The notes under the pieces are model-generated. The model ran no database searches. It saw only the letters and a list, made by a program, of their open reading frames with translations, and was not told the origin of the DNA. The translations under genes and the position numbers were made by a program. Positions 1 to 9,751 of a stretch of DNA of 64,000 bases are shown in pieces. The first letter of the stretch is position 1. Every line of letters begins with the position of its first letter. The stretch lies in NCBI GenBank assembly GCA_045629165.1, contig JAZQQQ010000056.1, positions 14,531 to 78,530 of the forward strand, in the 5' to 3' direction. The DNA comes from Bacteroidaceae bacterium. GTDB taxonomy: Bacteria; Bacteroidota; Bacteroidia; Bacteroidales; Bacteroidaceae.

Positions 1-1
1 G

Positions 2-1861
2 ATTGGACCAGAATCAGGTGCCCTGGCTAAGGTTGATTTCCGCACAACAGCTATCAATCCTACCTTCGACTGGGCTGTTGGTGGCGGCGCAAATTATTGC
101 AGTCAGGAAATCTTCGATTGGGGTGATTTGGTTTTCAGCAATAACATCGCAGATAACACCTCCTTCAGTAAGCCTGACACCCGTATGGACTTTGATTGGG
201 ATACATCAAGTCCTACCTATCGCAAATTCGACAAGGGTGACCTCATCTTCTATCATGCCCTCTCAAAGGTTACCTTCCACGTTGTAATGGGCGAAGGATT
301 CAGTGAGAGTGATTTTAAGTTCAATACGAATACAAATATCAAGCTCCAAGGCTTCAACGGATCTGGTACATTTGACTTGGCTCAGGGTGAGTTTACATCA
401 ACCAACACTAAGGATTTTTACTACATAGCCCCTCAAAATCCAAGTCTTAAGACTGAAAGTACAAAGAAGTATTATGAGGTCTATTCATATCTGGTTCCTG
501 GCACCGACCTCAAGAACTCTACCGAGGCAGAGGCACTCACATTGCTTGTTAACAACAACAAGTATGTCATCCCAATGAGAACCCTTTATGATAAACTGCT
601 TGAAAAAACGGAAAACCAGCAAGATGCTTCTACCGTCAAGGAGTCAGTTCTGGCAGGTGGTACAAGTATGAAGGCCGGTGTAAACTATCTCTTCACCATC
701 AACATTGGCAAGACCAAGATTAACAACATCACAGCTCAGGTAACTGAATGGGAAAATGTAAGTGCAGAAGAGTTTACTCCAACCAATGCTCGCATAGAAC
801 TCAAACTTGAGGAGCGTGGCACTAATTTAACAATTTCCGACCAATTCTCCTTCTATCGTGCAGCAGATAATAATACAGGAGACATCAACGACAACTATGA
901 GGTTTATAATTGGACAACCGGTTATAACACATCTGGCGTCACGACACCTTCTTTTGTCGCTGCAACGTCAGACAAACCTGCCCATTGGACAACAACTTGG
1001 TACTGGGACAGCAACCTGAATTTCTACCATTTCCGTGCTCTTGCAAAGGATAATGGTTCTACGAAAGGAACCGTTACAGGTAGTGTTACGACAGATGCTG
1101 GCGGAGATTATTATACGCTGACATCCGCAGCAACCTATGATGACATCCTCTGGGGTGCGCCAATGCTTGATGATGGTGTCAACGAAACTGCCGGAACGTT
1201 CAAGTGGAACTATGGTCCAACATCAAAAGGCTTCGATGGTAAAGATGATGCAACAACTCACCAGATTTACAAAGCCATCGGTCCAACAGAAGACCCAATC
1301 AAGCTCATCCTCTTCCACATGATGAGTGAGTTGACCATTAACATCAAGACTTCAACCGGTAGTGATGCTGTTGATTTGGGTGATGATTCTTCAAATAAGA
1401 CAAAGGTAGAACTGGTTAATTACAAGACTGGAGGTAAGTTGTTGTTGGGTAATGGACTCGTCAAGTCAACCGGAGACCCAACAACCGCAGAAATTGCCCA
1501 GAAATCATTTACTGCAGCCGTTGCAACTCCTGCAACTTCAGCTATTGTAAAATATGTATATGGTGCAGTTCCCCAGGATCTCACCAACGTAACCCTCGTC
1601 ATCACCACCCCTGACCACAATCAGTATAAGATTGCAATGAAGGACGTGCTGGCGACTACTGTAACTAACAATAACATCGCCAATCCTTATATTCAGGTGT
1701 CAGGCTCTAGCCCTGCGAAGTACACCATCAACCGCTGGTATCCAGGCTTTAAGTACACCTATACCTTTACCCTCAAGAAGAAAGGTATTGTGGATCTTGA
1801 AGCGACCATCGTAGATTGGGAGAATGTTGAGGCTGGCGATGATAATGTTCAGATACAATAA
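2..1861 (+). CDS. Fimbrillin-family (type V pilin-like) protein with two tandem modules; the 5' end lies upstream of the window
   Basis: The frame is open from nt 2, with no stop before the TTG at 128 used by the ORF track. Module 1 has DLVFSNN, FYHALSKVTFHV and ITAQVTEWENV. Module 2 has DILWGAP, ILFHMMSELTINI and the C-terminal EATIVDWENVEAG. The same three-motif set recurs in the downstream paralogues. Confidence 0.7.
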   Translation: MGPESGALAKVDFRTTAINPTFDWAVGGGANYCSQEIFDWGDLVFSNNIADNTSFSKPDTRMDFDWDTSSPTYRKFDKGDLIFYHALSKVTFHVVMGEGFSESDFKFNTNTNIKLQGFNGSGTFDLAQGEFTSTNTKDFYYIAPQNPSLKTESTKKYYEVYSYLVPGTDLKNSTEAEALTLLVNNNKYVIPMRTLYDKLLEKTENQQDASTVKESVLAGGTSMKAGVNYLFTINIGKTKINNITAQVTEWENVSAEEFTPTNARIELKLEERGTNLTISDQFSFYRAADNNTGDINDNYEVYNWTTGYNTSGVTTPSFVAATSDKPAHWTTTWYWDSNLNFYHFRALAKDNGSTKGTVTGSVTTDAGGDYYTLTSAATYDDILWGAPMLDDGVNETAGTFKWNYGPTSKGFDGKDDATTHQIYKAIGPTEDPIKLILFHMMSELTINIKTSTGSDAVDLGDDSSNKTKVELVNYKTGGKLLLGNGLVKSTGDPTTAEIAQKSFTAAVATPATSAIVKYVYGAVPQDLTNVTLVITTPDHNQYKIAMKDVLATTVTNNNIANPYIQVSGSSPAKYTINRWYPGFKYTYTFTLKKKGIVDLEATIVDWENVEAGDDNVQIQ

Positions 1862-1867
1862 ATAAAA

Positions 1868-4072
1868 ATGAATATAAAGAATAACATACTACTCCTTGGA
1901 GCTACCCTATCCCTCCTCACTGCTTGCCGCGATGAGTTGTATGTCCCCACCTACACTGTTGGTGAGGCAATCAATGCAATTACAATCAAAGCCGGCATCA
2001 GCGAAGTTAGTGATGGTGTTATAACTAAGGCTGTGGATGGCAACCATGCCGGTAATGCCAATGGTGGCGCTCACACCAACTTCACTAACGGCACGCAACT
2101 CCGCTTGCGTGTTGATGGTACGTGGCATAGTTCTATCGTTTCAAAGCCCACCACTGCTACCACAGGTGCTCAGACAGGAGCTGACAATAAGCATAATAAG
2201 GTCGTTTTCTCAACCACCTCTACCCCAGTAGAACAACTCTATTGGGACGACTACGGCACAGCTGATCCAGATAATACTGCAGGTCGCACAGAAGGTCTTA
2301 CCATCTATGGTGTGGCTGTGGATGGCGTAACAGCAGCACCAACGGTTTCTTCTTGGACTACGCAGCCTTGGAACGTTGGAACTGTTAACACGGGTGTTAT
2401 TGACCAGACAGGAGGTTGGACAACAAAAGATCTCCTAACGAGCAACAATGTTACTGCCTCTACTGATGGCACTTACAAGTTCGATGATTATGTATATGAC
2501 CTCACAAATACGCCTAAGAGGTCAAGCAATATTCTTGAGTTCACCCACGCCATGACGAAGATTACAGTCAATCTGACTGCAGGCGAGGGATTCCCTGGAT
2601 GGAGTTCATCAAGTCCAACAGCTGGTAAATTCCAAAATGCGCCTACAGTTAAGCTATTAGGCTTTAATTATACCGGTACTGTCAGCGTGGAGGAAAAGAC
2701 TTCTACTCCGACGGCTTCAACTACTACTGACATCAAAATGCACTTGGCAAATGGCGGTGCAAGCAACCATACTGCACAACTTGATGCACTTGTATTCCCT
2801 GGCAATCAGTTCACAGCAACTATCGCTGCCGATGCTCCAACATACACCCCAACCAGCGCAACCAACATCCTCGAACTGAATGCTGATGGTAATATGTATA
2901 AGGTAACAGCAGCACAGTTGGTAAAAGCAATTGTAGGAACGAGTACAACAGGAACTCCTGTCAACGGCACTCTCGAGCAAGGCAAGAACTACATCCTCAA
3001 TATCATCGTCAACAAGACCAAGATCGAGGTTACAGCAACCATCAAGGATTGGGAGAATGTTCCTACAGAGGATGCTCTGCCAAAGATTAATGTAACTGCT
3101 ACTTATGGCTATACTGTAGGAACATTGAATTCTACAGCCTTTACACATGATTACGACCTCTTCCGCAGCACTACCAACAATGCAACAGGTTATGATGAAG
3201 ATGCAGATAACAGCAATGGCATTACTCCTGCCGCTCGATATGCTTCATCCGCATGGGACAAGTCAATTTATTGGCCTGACCATCAGACACACTATTTCTT
3301 CCGTGGAGTTTATCCGCAGGTAGGTACAAGCGTTACAGGACCCTCTGCATTGGCAACGGCAGAAGCGGTAAACACTGTAAACGGTAATGATGTCATCGCT
3401 GTGGCCAATTCAAAATATACAGCCGCAACTTACCCATCAGAATTGGCCATTGCCATTCCAAGAAAGACTGATGGCACTTTCGATGAGACTTGCAAAGAAA
3501 CCGGGCACACAGCTACCGAAGGTATTTGTGCAACCGAAGGCACTATCAACATGAACTTCGAGTATGCCATGAGTAAAGTGGAAGTTCGATTGAAATCAAG
3601 TGCTACAGACGCTAGCCATATCGCCATGACCAAAGACAATACCAAGGTTGAAATCATTGGTGGCTACAGCAAGGCTCGCATCAAACTGTCCGATGGTTTG
3701 CATGATGCCTACGCAGATGCAGATAAGGTAGATTATACACTTAGCAATCTAACAACATCTGAAAGCGGTTTTCTCGTTACTACACGTGATGCCATCGTGC
3801 CACAGGTAATTGGTAATGATGTAATATTCCGCATTACTGTTATTACAAATGATAAAGGTAATTCAGACCCTTCTGATGACGAAACAGATGTCTACGAGTG
3901 CAAGGTCAACCTAATCAATGTTAAGAATTCAAGTCCTGCCACCCCTGTCACCGAATGGGTACACGGCAAGCACTACATCTATGAACTTGACGTGAACAAG
4001 ACCGCCATCAACGTCACCGCGACCCTCAAAGACTGGATAGAGGTGACTGCAAGTGATAACATATGGTTCTAA
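1868..4072 (+). CDS. Fimbrillin-family surface lipoprotein, two tandem modules (734 aa)
   Basis: Lipobox LLTAC followed by acidic RDE. Module 1 has DLLTSNN, FTHAMTKITVNL and VTATIKDWENV (nt ~3046-3063). Module 2 has FEYAMSKVEVRL and the C-terminal VTATLKDWIEV. Starts 6 nt after the upstream gene. Confidence 0.75.
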   Translation: MNIKNNILLLGATLSLLTACRDELYVPTYTVGEAINAITIKAGISEVSDGVITKAVDGNHAGNANGGAHTNFTNGTQLRLRVDGTWHSSIVSKPTTATTGAQTGADNKHNKVVFSTTSTPVEQLYWDDYGTADPDNTAGRTEGLTIYGVAVDGVTAAPTVSSWTTQPWNVGTVNTGVIDQTGGWTTKDLLTSNNVTASTDGTYKFDDYVYDLTNTPKRSSNILEFTHAMTKITVNLTAGEGFPGWSSSSPTAGKFQNAPTVKLLGFNYTGTVSVEEKTSTPTASTTTDIKMHLANGGASNHTAQLDALVFPGNQFTATIAADAPTYTPTSATNILELNADGNMYKVTAAQLVKAIVGTSTTGTPVNGTLEQGKNYILNIIVNKTKIEVTATIKDWENVPTEDALPKINVTATYGYTVGTLNSTAFTHDYDLFRSTTNNATGYDEDADNSNGITPAARYASSAWDKSIYWPDHQTHYFFRGVYPQVGTSVTGPSALATAEAVNTVNGNDVIAVANSKYTAATYPSELAIAIPRKTDGTFDETCKETGHTATEGICATEGTINMNFEYAMSKVEVRLKSSATDASHIAMTKDNTKVEIIGGYSKARIKLSDGLHDAYADADKVDYTLSNLTTSESGFLVTTRDAIVPQVIGNDVIFRITVITNDKGNSDPSDDETDVYECKVNLINVKNSSPATPVTEWVHGKHYIYELDVNKTAINVTATLKDWIEVTASDNIWF

Positions 4073-4079
4073 AAATTTT

Positions 4080-4166
4080 AATATTAGTCGGATTTCAGCA
4101 AAAAGAAGTAAAATATTAGTCGGATTTCGACAAAAATCAAAGAATTATTTCTCGTATTTCGACAAA
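4080..4166 (+). repeat. Three direct repeats with exact 32-bp phasing (core TCGGATTTCGACAAA) upstream of the AAA+ ATPase gene
   Basis: AATATTAGTCGGATTTCAGCAAAAA at 4080-4104 and AATATTAGTCGGATTTCGACAAAAA at 4112-4136. A degenerate third core, TCGTATTTCGACAAA, sits at 4152-4166. The cores start at 4088, 4120 and 4152. Confidence 0.6.
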
Positions 4167-4207
4167 GTTTGGTAACTTTATAAAGTAATAAATAGTAGAA
4201 TACTGAA

Positions 4208-5581
4208 ATGACAAAGTATATTGATCGCATAATCGACAAATACCTTCTGGAATGGAAGGTAGAAGAGGACAGAAAACCTCTTCTCCTACGTGGCGCTCGT
4301 CAGGTGGGAAAATCGTCTGCGGTCAGAAACCTGGGTAAGTCGTTCAAGTATTTTGCTGAGCTGAATTTTGAGAAACAAAAGGCTGCAAAGACTTTCTTCC
4401 AAGGAGACATCGATGCAAAACTTATTGCAGGGAAAATATCCAACTATATTGGTACCCCGATAGAACCCGGTCAGACCCTGCTCTTCCTTGATGAGATACA
4501 GGATTGTCCTGAGGCTATCATGGCTCTTCGATTCTTCAGAGAGGATTATCCAGAGCTGCATGTCATCGCTGCCGGTTCGCTTTTGGAGTTCGCACTTGAA
4601 GAGCTACCTACCTTCGGAGTGGGAAGAATACGTTCCCTCTTCATGTATCCAATGACGTTCGACGAGTTCCTTGTTGCCACTGGCAATAGCGGCCTGATAA
4701 ATATGCGTGACATGTGTGATGCACAGCATCCTCTTGACGAAGCATTCCACATGAAGGCGATAGATTTGTTCCGCATATACCTGCTCGTGGGTGGTATGCC
4801 AGAAGCTGTTGCAAAATGGGTAGAAACGGGCGACTTCAACAAGTGTCATGGCGTGCATAATGATATAGTGTTGACATATCAGGACGATTTCAACAAATAC
4901 AAGAAACGTGTAGATCCGGAATTGCTCAGATGTACCATGCGTGGTGTCTGCCATCAGGTTGGAGGACCATTAACCTTCTCGCAAGTACCTGGCGATTACC
5001 GTAGTACTCAGATACGCGAAGCCCTTCGTCTGCTCACATTGGCAGGAATTATCATCCCTGTAGTTTCAAGTGCAGGTAATGGTGTGCCTCTTGACGCAGA
5101 ATCCAATGAAGATCGTTGCAAATATCTCTTCCTCGATACAGGATTGATGTTGAATGTGCTTGATATTGATGGAAACTCCTCACGTCAGATGGTAGAGCTC
5201 ATCATGGCAGGTACACCGCAGGATCTTGTTAATAAAGGAAATATAGTTGAAATGTTTGCCGGTAATGAGACTATGCGATACAAAGCACCAACCCAACGCT
5301 ACAAGTTGTTCTTTTGGGAACAGTCAGGAAAGAGTGTAGCAGAGGTTGATTATCTAGAGGCCCACGATTGTCAAGTCGTTCCTATTGAGGTAAAATCAAG
5401 CACCCAAGGTGGTATGAAGAGTCTTTGGATGTTTATGCGAGCCAAGCATCTTACCCGTGCCATTCGCACCAGTCTTGAGAACTTTGGTGAGTTCGACTAT
5501 ACAGACACCCTGGATGGTGATACCCAACGGCACGTAACCATCGTTCCGTTGTACGCCTTAAGCATTTTGAATAAAAGATAA
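4208..5581 (+). CDS. AAA+ family ATPase (COG1373 / AAA_14 + DUF4143-like)
   Basis: Walker A GARQVGKS (aa 29-36) and Walker B LLFLDEIQ (aa 91-98). It is 457 aa with a C-terminal region ending in a VVPIEVKSS-type segment, as in DUF4143 proteins as I remember them. Confidence 0.75.
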   Translation: MTKYIDRIIDKYLLEWKVEEDRKPLLLRGARQVGKSSAVRNLGKSFKYFAELNFEKQKAAKTFFQGDIDAKLIAGKISNYIGTPIEPGQTLLFLDEIQDCPEAIMALRFFREDYPELHVIAAGSLLEFALEELPTFGVGRIRSLFMYPMTFDEFLVATGNSGLINMRDMCDAQHPLDEAFHMKAIDLFRIYLLVGGMPEAVAKWVETGDFNKCHGVHNDIVLTYQDDFNKYKKRVDPELLRCTMRGVCHQVGGPLTFSQVPGDYRSTQIREALRLLTLAGIIIPVVSSAGNGVPLDAESNEDRCKYLFLDTGLMLNVLDIDGNSSRQMVELIMAGTPQDLVNKGNIVEMFAGNETMRYKAPTQRYKLFFWEQSGKSVAEVDYLEAHDCQVVPIEVKSSTQGGMKSLWMFMRAKHLTRAIRTSLENFGEFDYTDTLDGDTQRHVTIVPLYALSILNKR

Positions 5582-5596
5582 ACAACATCATAGATA

Positions 5597-8500
5597 ATGA
5601 AGAAAAAACTATTATATCGATTAAGGAGAACCCTCCTCACCCTCTGCTTGATGGCATCGGCCACCATGGTATGGGCGCTGGACGTTACCGATGAGGCGAG
5701 TCTGCGTACTGCTCTAGATGGTGTAGAAGCTAAACTCAAACTAACGCAGAACATTTCATTGACTAGTACACTTGAAATTAAGCGAGATGTTACTCTTGAT
5801 CTCAACGGTTACACTATTTCTGCAAATGGTTTCCGCGCTATACATATCACAACAGGTGCTAATGTATTAATTACCTCTGAAAAGCCTTCTGCGATTACCG
5901 TCAGCGGTAGCATTGCTGACAATAGTTCAGTAATTCGCCTTGGAAAAAATGGTGGTGACCCTATCAATATCTCTCTTACGATTGATGAGAATGTAACTAT
6001 TTATACTGACAAGTGTTACGGTATCACCGTTTTTGGTAATGCAACTACTGAGACCCTTGTTGTTAAAGGAACTGTCAGCACTACCAATGTTCCTGCAATA
6101 TCTGGCAATGGTTCAGCCGGTTATGGTGGCACAACTATAACAATTGCTCCCACTGCTCGCATAATAACCACAAATGAAGTTGCTATTTATCACCCACAGA
6201 GCGGTACGCTCACTGTTAATGGTACAGTGACAGGTGCAGGTGGTATAGAGATGAAAGGTGGTAAATTAGTTGTTGGTTCCGATGCTCAGATAACAGCCAC
6301 TGCTACCCCTTCCCATACCGCCAACAACGACGGAACATCAACCCGAGGCTATGCTGTTGCTATTGTAGAGAGCAACGGTGGATACGAGGGCGTAAGCATA
6401 GTAAATATTAGTTCCGATGCAGTGATTGATGGTTCTGTATCGATGCTTGTGGACTCTGAACATTCAGGCGTCACACCTCCAACATTTGACCCTGCAGGTG
6501 TGCAGATGAATGTCAGCGTGACCAGCGGAGGTGACGTGAAGAAGTATGCTTCCCTTCATGATGCGCTCAATGAGGCACCTGTTGGTGCTACAGTTTCTAT
6601 ATTGAATGACATCGCCTTAAAGGAGGCAACGGTTGTTGATAAGGACAACATCACTATAGACCTTAATGGTAAGAGTATAACAACAACAGGCGACCGTGCT
6701 TTCTGGGTAAAGAATACTGGTGCTTCTATAACTGGCACAGGTATTATCTCTGCTACAGGAATAGTAAATCCTGACTGGTCGGTAATACAGGTTGGCTCAG
6801 AGACTGCAAACGCAGCAAGTCTCACCATAGCAAATGGTGTTACCATTACTACCGACGATTGCTACGGTATCACCACCATTGGAACCGGTGCTTCAAGCCT
6901 CAACGTGAATGGCGCCGTTACCACCAAGGTACGCCCAGCAATTTGCTCAACCAATAGTTTCTCTACAACTGTTGGTTCGACTGCAAACATCACCACTACC
7001 GAGGAGGTTGCCATCTATTCTACTGGTGCAAGTCTCTCGGTTAGCGGTACTGTAACCGGACTTTCGGCCGTGGAGACTAAGAGCGGTACACTGACCATCG
7101 ATGGTGCGACCCTTGAAGCCACCGGCACACCATCGCATACTGCAAATAATAACGGTACCTCTACACGAGGCTATGCTGTGGCTATGGTTAAGAATACGAA
7201 CTTCACAGCAGTAAGCACCGCAAACTTTACAGGCACCAATAATATCACCGGCCCCGTGGCTACCCTCATTGATTCTGGTACTGCTGATGATCCTACCTTC
7301 ACCGGCATCACCATGCTGGCAGACATCAATGGCGAGCACTACTCTTCTGTTGTAGATGCAACGAACATTGTGCCTAACGATGGTACGGTGAAGTTAATGC
7401 AGAACCTCGCATTGTCGGCTCCGCTACCACTTGATCGCCATGCTTCATATAAGCTTGACCTTGATGGACATAACATTACAGCTACCAACAGCAGTGCCAT
7501 AGCATTAACAAGTGGTGATCTTATCATTACCAATTCAAATGCAACTACTGCTACTATCTCATCTACGGGAACTGTAGCAGCAACTGATGCTGTAATTCAT
7601 TTGGGTGACAACAATGGTGAAAACCGCAATATCTCGCTTGGTATTGACCAGAACGTAACTGTCAGCACTGACCAATGCCAGGGCGTTCTCCTTTCGGGAA
7701 CCAATACCCGCGAGTCACTTACCGTGAAGGGAACCATCTCAACCGATGGTCAGCCTGCCATTGCAGGTGACAAGGCCAATGGCGGTACAACCATCAATAT
7801 TGAGGAGAATGCTAATGTTACCTCTTCTAACAATGTGGCTATCTACCACCCACAGACAGGTACACTCACCGTGGAAGGTATAGCTGGTCATAATGCAGTA
7901 GTTCGCGGTACCACTGGTATCGAGATGAAGGCAGGCGACCTTATCGTAGGTGAGCATGCAACGATTACTGCAACGGCAGCATCGGCTTCTCATTCTGCCA
8001 ATAACAATGGTCCTTCAACCGCAGGTTATGGCATTGCCATCATCGAGAATGCAAACTTCGTAGGTGTAGGCAATGTGGATATTGAGACCACTGAGCATAT
8101 TACTGCTCCTGTGGCTGTGGCCATGTTGGTAGATTCTCGTCACCCAGGCGTGGCAGAACCTGAGTTCATAGGTAATGTATTGCTGGTGGCTGAGGTAACC
8201 GGCACCAATACCGACAAGTATGCTAATCTCGAGGATGCCTTCAAGGTGGCTCAGGATGACAATACCGTAAGGCTCCTTGAGGATGCTTCCATTGCCTCTA
8301 CGATCAACATTGCCAAGGCTATCACCGTTGACCTCAACGACTACACCATCACCGGCACACAAGCCAGTGGCAACTACGTGATAACAACCAGCGCTAACGT
8401 CACTATGAAGGATGGCGGTATCGTAGCCAGCAACGGTGGCGGTATCAGCAGTACTGCTGGAACGCTTACCATGCAGAAGATGAATGTGAGAGCGAAAGAG

Positions 8501-9745
8501 AATAGCCTCAACATTGCCGGTGCAACGGCAACCATCGATGCCAACTCTACATTGACCTCTACTACAAGCGAAACCATAGTAGCAGGCGATGGCGCTAACA
8601 TCACCGTCAATGGTAAGATTTATAATACCACAACCAATGCCATCGCGCACAGCGCCGGTTCTGCTACACTGACAGTCAACAACGGTGCAACCGTTTCAAC
8701 GGCTGCAGGCTATGCTATCAACTGGCAGAATGACGGTTCGCTGACTATTGAAGGTGGTCAGTTGCACGGCACTACAGCTGCTGTTCATGCCGACAAGGGA
8801 ATCGTAACCATCAATGGCGGTACGCTTACCGGAACGACTGATGCACTTGTGATAGAAAATGCAAACACTGATGACTGCACCGTATCGGTTAAGAACGGTA
8901 CATTCAACAGCGGTTCAGGAGATCCTATCAAATCAAGTGGAGCAAACAAAGTTACAGGCTTTGTTGAGGGTGATTACTTCAGCAAGGCTATTGAGCAGGA
9001 ATTGTGTGCTACGGGCTACATGATTTCCCCAACCACAAACAGCAATGGTATGTACTACCTTGTAAGCGAACTGGTTATCACGGACGCTACCATTTGGACT
9101 GTTCCTGGTACTGCTTACACCATCCATACGGCTAAGTACATCCGCAATACTGGCATGGGTACAACAAAGTTTGGAACACTCTGTCTGCCATTCTCGTTTA
9201 CTCCAGGTAATTCGGGAACGACAATACCAGAAGGCATGAAGTTCTATAAGGTGAACCATATAGCTGGTGACATCCTCTATCTTGATGAACTCACTGGAAC
9301 CATTACCGCAGGAACACCGGTTATCTTCCATAGAACAAGTTCTGAGACCTCATTCACCATTGAGAGTAAAGATGCCACAATTCCTGCATCAGGAACTATT
9401 AACGCCAATGGTCTCGTTGGTACTTTCGTGACAACAGACATATTATCTGGACTCGGAACCAAATACTTCCTCAATGATGACCACTTCCATCAGGCAACAG
9501 CAAAGATTACTGTTCCTGCTTTCCGTGCATATATTGAGTATACTTCTCCAAATCCAATTCAAGCAAGGAGATTGAATATTTACATGAATGACAACACTCC
9601 AACTCAGATTGACTCCGTATTTGACACGGAAGATTCTATTGAAGGAATGTATGATTTACAGGGAAGAAAAATCAATGAACTGCAGCCTGGTATGAATATC
9701 ATGAAGATGACTGATGGTAGAACAATCAAGGTTTATGTCAAGTAA
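5597..9745 (+). CDS. Large secreted repeat protein (predicted parallel beta-helix adhesin-like) with a T9SS type A C-terminal sorting domain
   Basis: Sec signal MKKKLLYRLRRTLLTLCLMASATMVWA. The body is Gly/Thr/Asn-rich tandem modules. The last ~75 aa (nt ~9518-9742, ..EGMYDLQGRKINELQPGMNIMKMTDGRTIKVYVK) match the Por_Secre_tail pattern. Starts 15 nt after the ATPase stop. Confidence 0.75.
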   Translation: MKKKLLYRLRRTLLTLCLMASATMVWALDVTDEASLRTALDGVEAKLKLTQNISLTSTLEIKRDVTLDLNGYTISANGFRAIHITTGANVLITSEKPSAITVSGSIADNSSVIRLGKNGGDPINISLTIDENVTIYTDKCYGITVFGNATTETLVVKGTVSTTNVPAISGNGSAGYGGTTITIAPTARIITTNEVAIYHPQSGTLTVNGTVTGAGGIEMKGGKLVVGSDAQITATATPSHTANNDGTSTRGYAVAIVESNGGYEGVSIVNISSDAVIDGSVSMLVDSEHSGVTPPTFDPAGVQMNVSVTSGGDVKKYASLHDALNEAPVGATVSILNDIALKEATVVDKDNITIDLNGKSITTTGDRAFWVKNTGASITGTGIISATGIVNPDWSVIQVGSETANAASLTIANGVTITTDDCYGITTIGTGASSLNVNGAVTTKVRPAICSTNSFSTTVGSTANITTTEEVAIYSTGASLSVSGTVTGLSAVETKSGTLTIDGATLEATGTPSHTANNNGTSTRGYAVAMVKNTNFTAVSTANFTGTNNITGPVATLIDSGTADDPTFTGITMLADINGEHYSSVVDATNIVPNDGTVKLMQNLALSAPLPLDRHASYKLDLDGHNITATNSSAIALTSGDLIITNSNATTATISSTGTVAATDAVIHLGDNNGENRNISLGIDQNVTVSTDQCQGVLLSGTNTRESLTVKGTISTDGQPAIAGDKANGGTTINIEENANVTSSNNVAIYHPQTGTLTVEGIAGHNAVVRGTTGIEMKAGDLIVGEHATITATAASASHSANNNGPSTAGYGIAIIENANFVGVGNVDIETTEHITAPVAVAMLVDSRHPGVAEPEFIGNVLLVAEVTGTNTDKYANLEDAFKVAQDDNTVRLLEDASIASTINIAKAITVDLNDYTITGTQASGNYVITTSANVTMKDGGIVASNGGGISSTAGTLTMQKMNVRAKENSLNIAGATATIDANSTLTSTTSETIVAGDGANITVNGKIYNTTTNAIAHSAGSATLTVNNGATVSTAAGYAINWQNDGSLTIEGGQLHGTTAAVHADKGIVTINGGTLTGTTDALVIENANTDDCTVSVKNGTFNSGSGDPIKSSGANKVTGFVEGDYFSKAIEQELCATGYMISPTTNSNGMYYLVSELVITDATIWTVPGTAYTIHTAKYIRNTGMGTTKFGTLCLPFSFTPGNSGTTIPEGMKFYKVNHIAGDILYLDELTGTITAGTPVIFHRTSSETSFTIESKDATIPASGTINANGLVGTFVTTDILSGLGTKYFLNDDHFHQATAKITVPAFRAYIEYTSPNPIQARRLNIYMNDNTPTQIDSVFDTEDSIEGMYDLQGRKINELQPGMNIMKMTDGRTIKVYVK
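5684..8212 (+). repeat. Three intragenic tandem modules of ~265-290 aa inside the T9SS cargo gene, with a fourth degenerate copy downstream
   Basis: DLNG/DLDG/DLND recur at aa 68, 355, 621 and 912. Each copy has CYGIT or CQGV, VAIYHPQ(S/T)GTLTV, GIEMK(G/A)G and TPSHTANN(D/N)GTSTRGYAVA (ASHSANNNGPSTAGYGIA in copy 3). DNA copies are diverged; the ~70 percent identity is judged by eye in one segment (6306-6370 vs 7128-7193). Confidence 0.8.
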
Positions 9746-9751
9746 ACGAAA

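Noticed and set aside
4080-4166. The three 32-bp-phased repeats as a mini CRISPR array.
   Set aside because: There are only three copies and the third is degenerate. The intervening segments are ~7 nt rather than spacer-length. No cas genes are present in the window.
4208-5581. The AAA+ ATPase as an IS21-type IstB helper, i.e. part of a mobile element.
   Set aside because: There is no adjacent transposase (IstA-like) ORF and I saw no terminal inverted repeats. Its size (457 aa) and C-terminal region fit COG1373/DUF4143 rather than IstB (~250 aa).
8015-8650. Long antisense or alternative-frame ORFs inside real genes. Examples are 8015-8650(-), 15140-15718(-), 26050-26592(+), 33466-33957(+), 52902-53480(+), 53508-53978(+), 62015-62524(+), 37505-37885(-), 2717-3148(-) and 6947-7339(-).
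   Set aside because: Each lies entirely within a much longer ORF that has strong family motifs. Their translations are low-complexity, Cys/His/Arg-rich, and have no recognisable motifs or signals. These are typical shadow ORFs.
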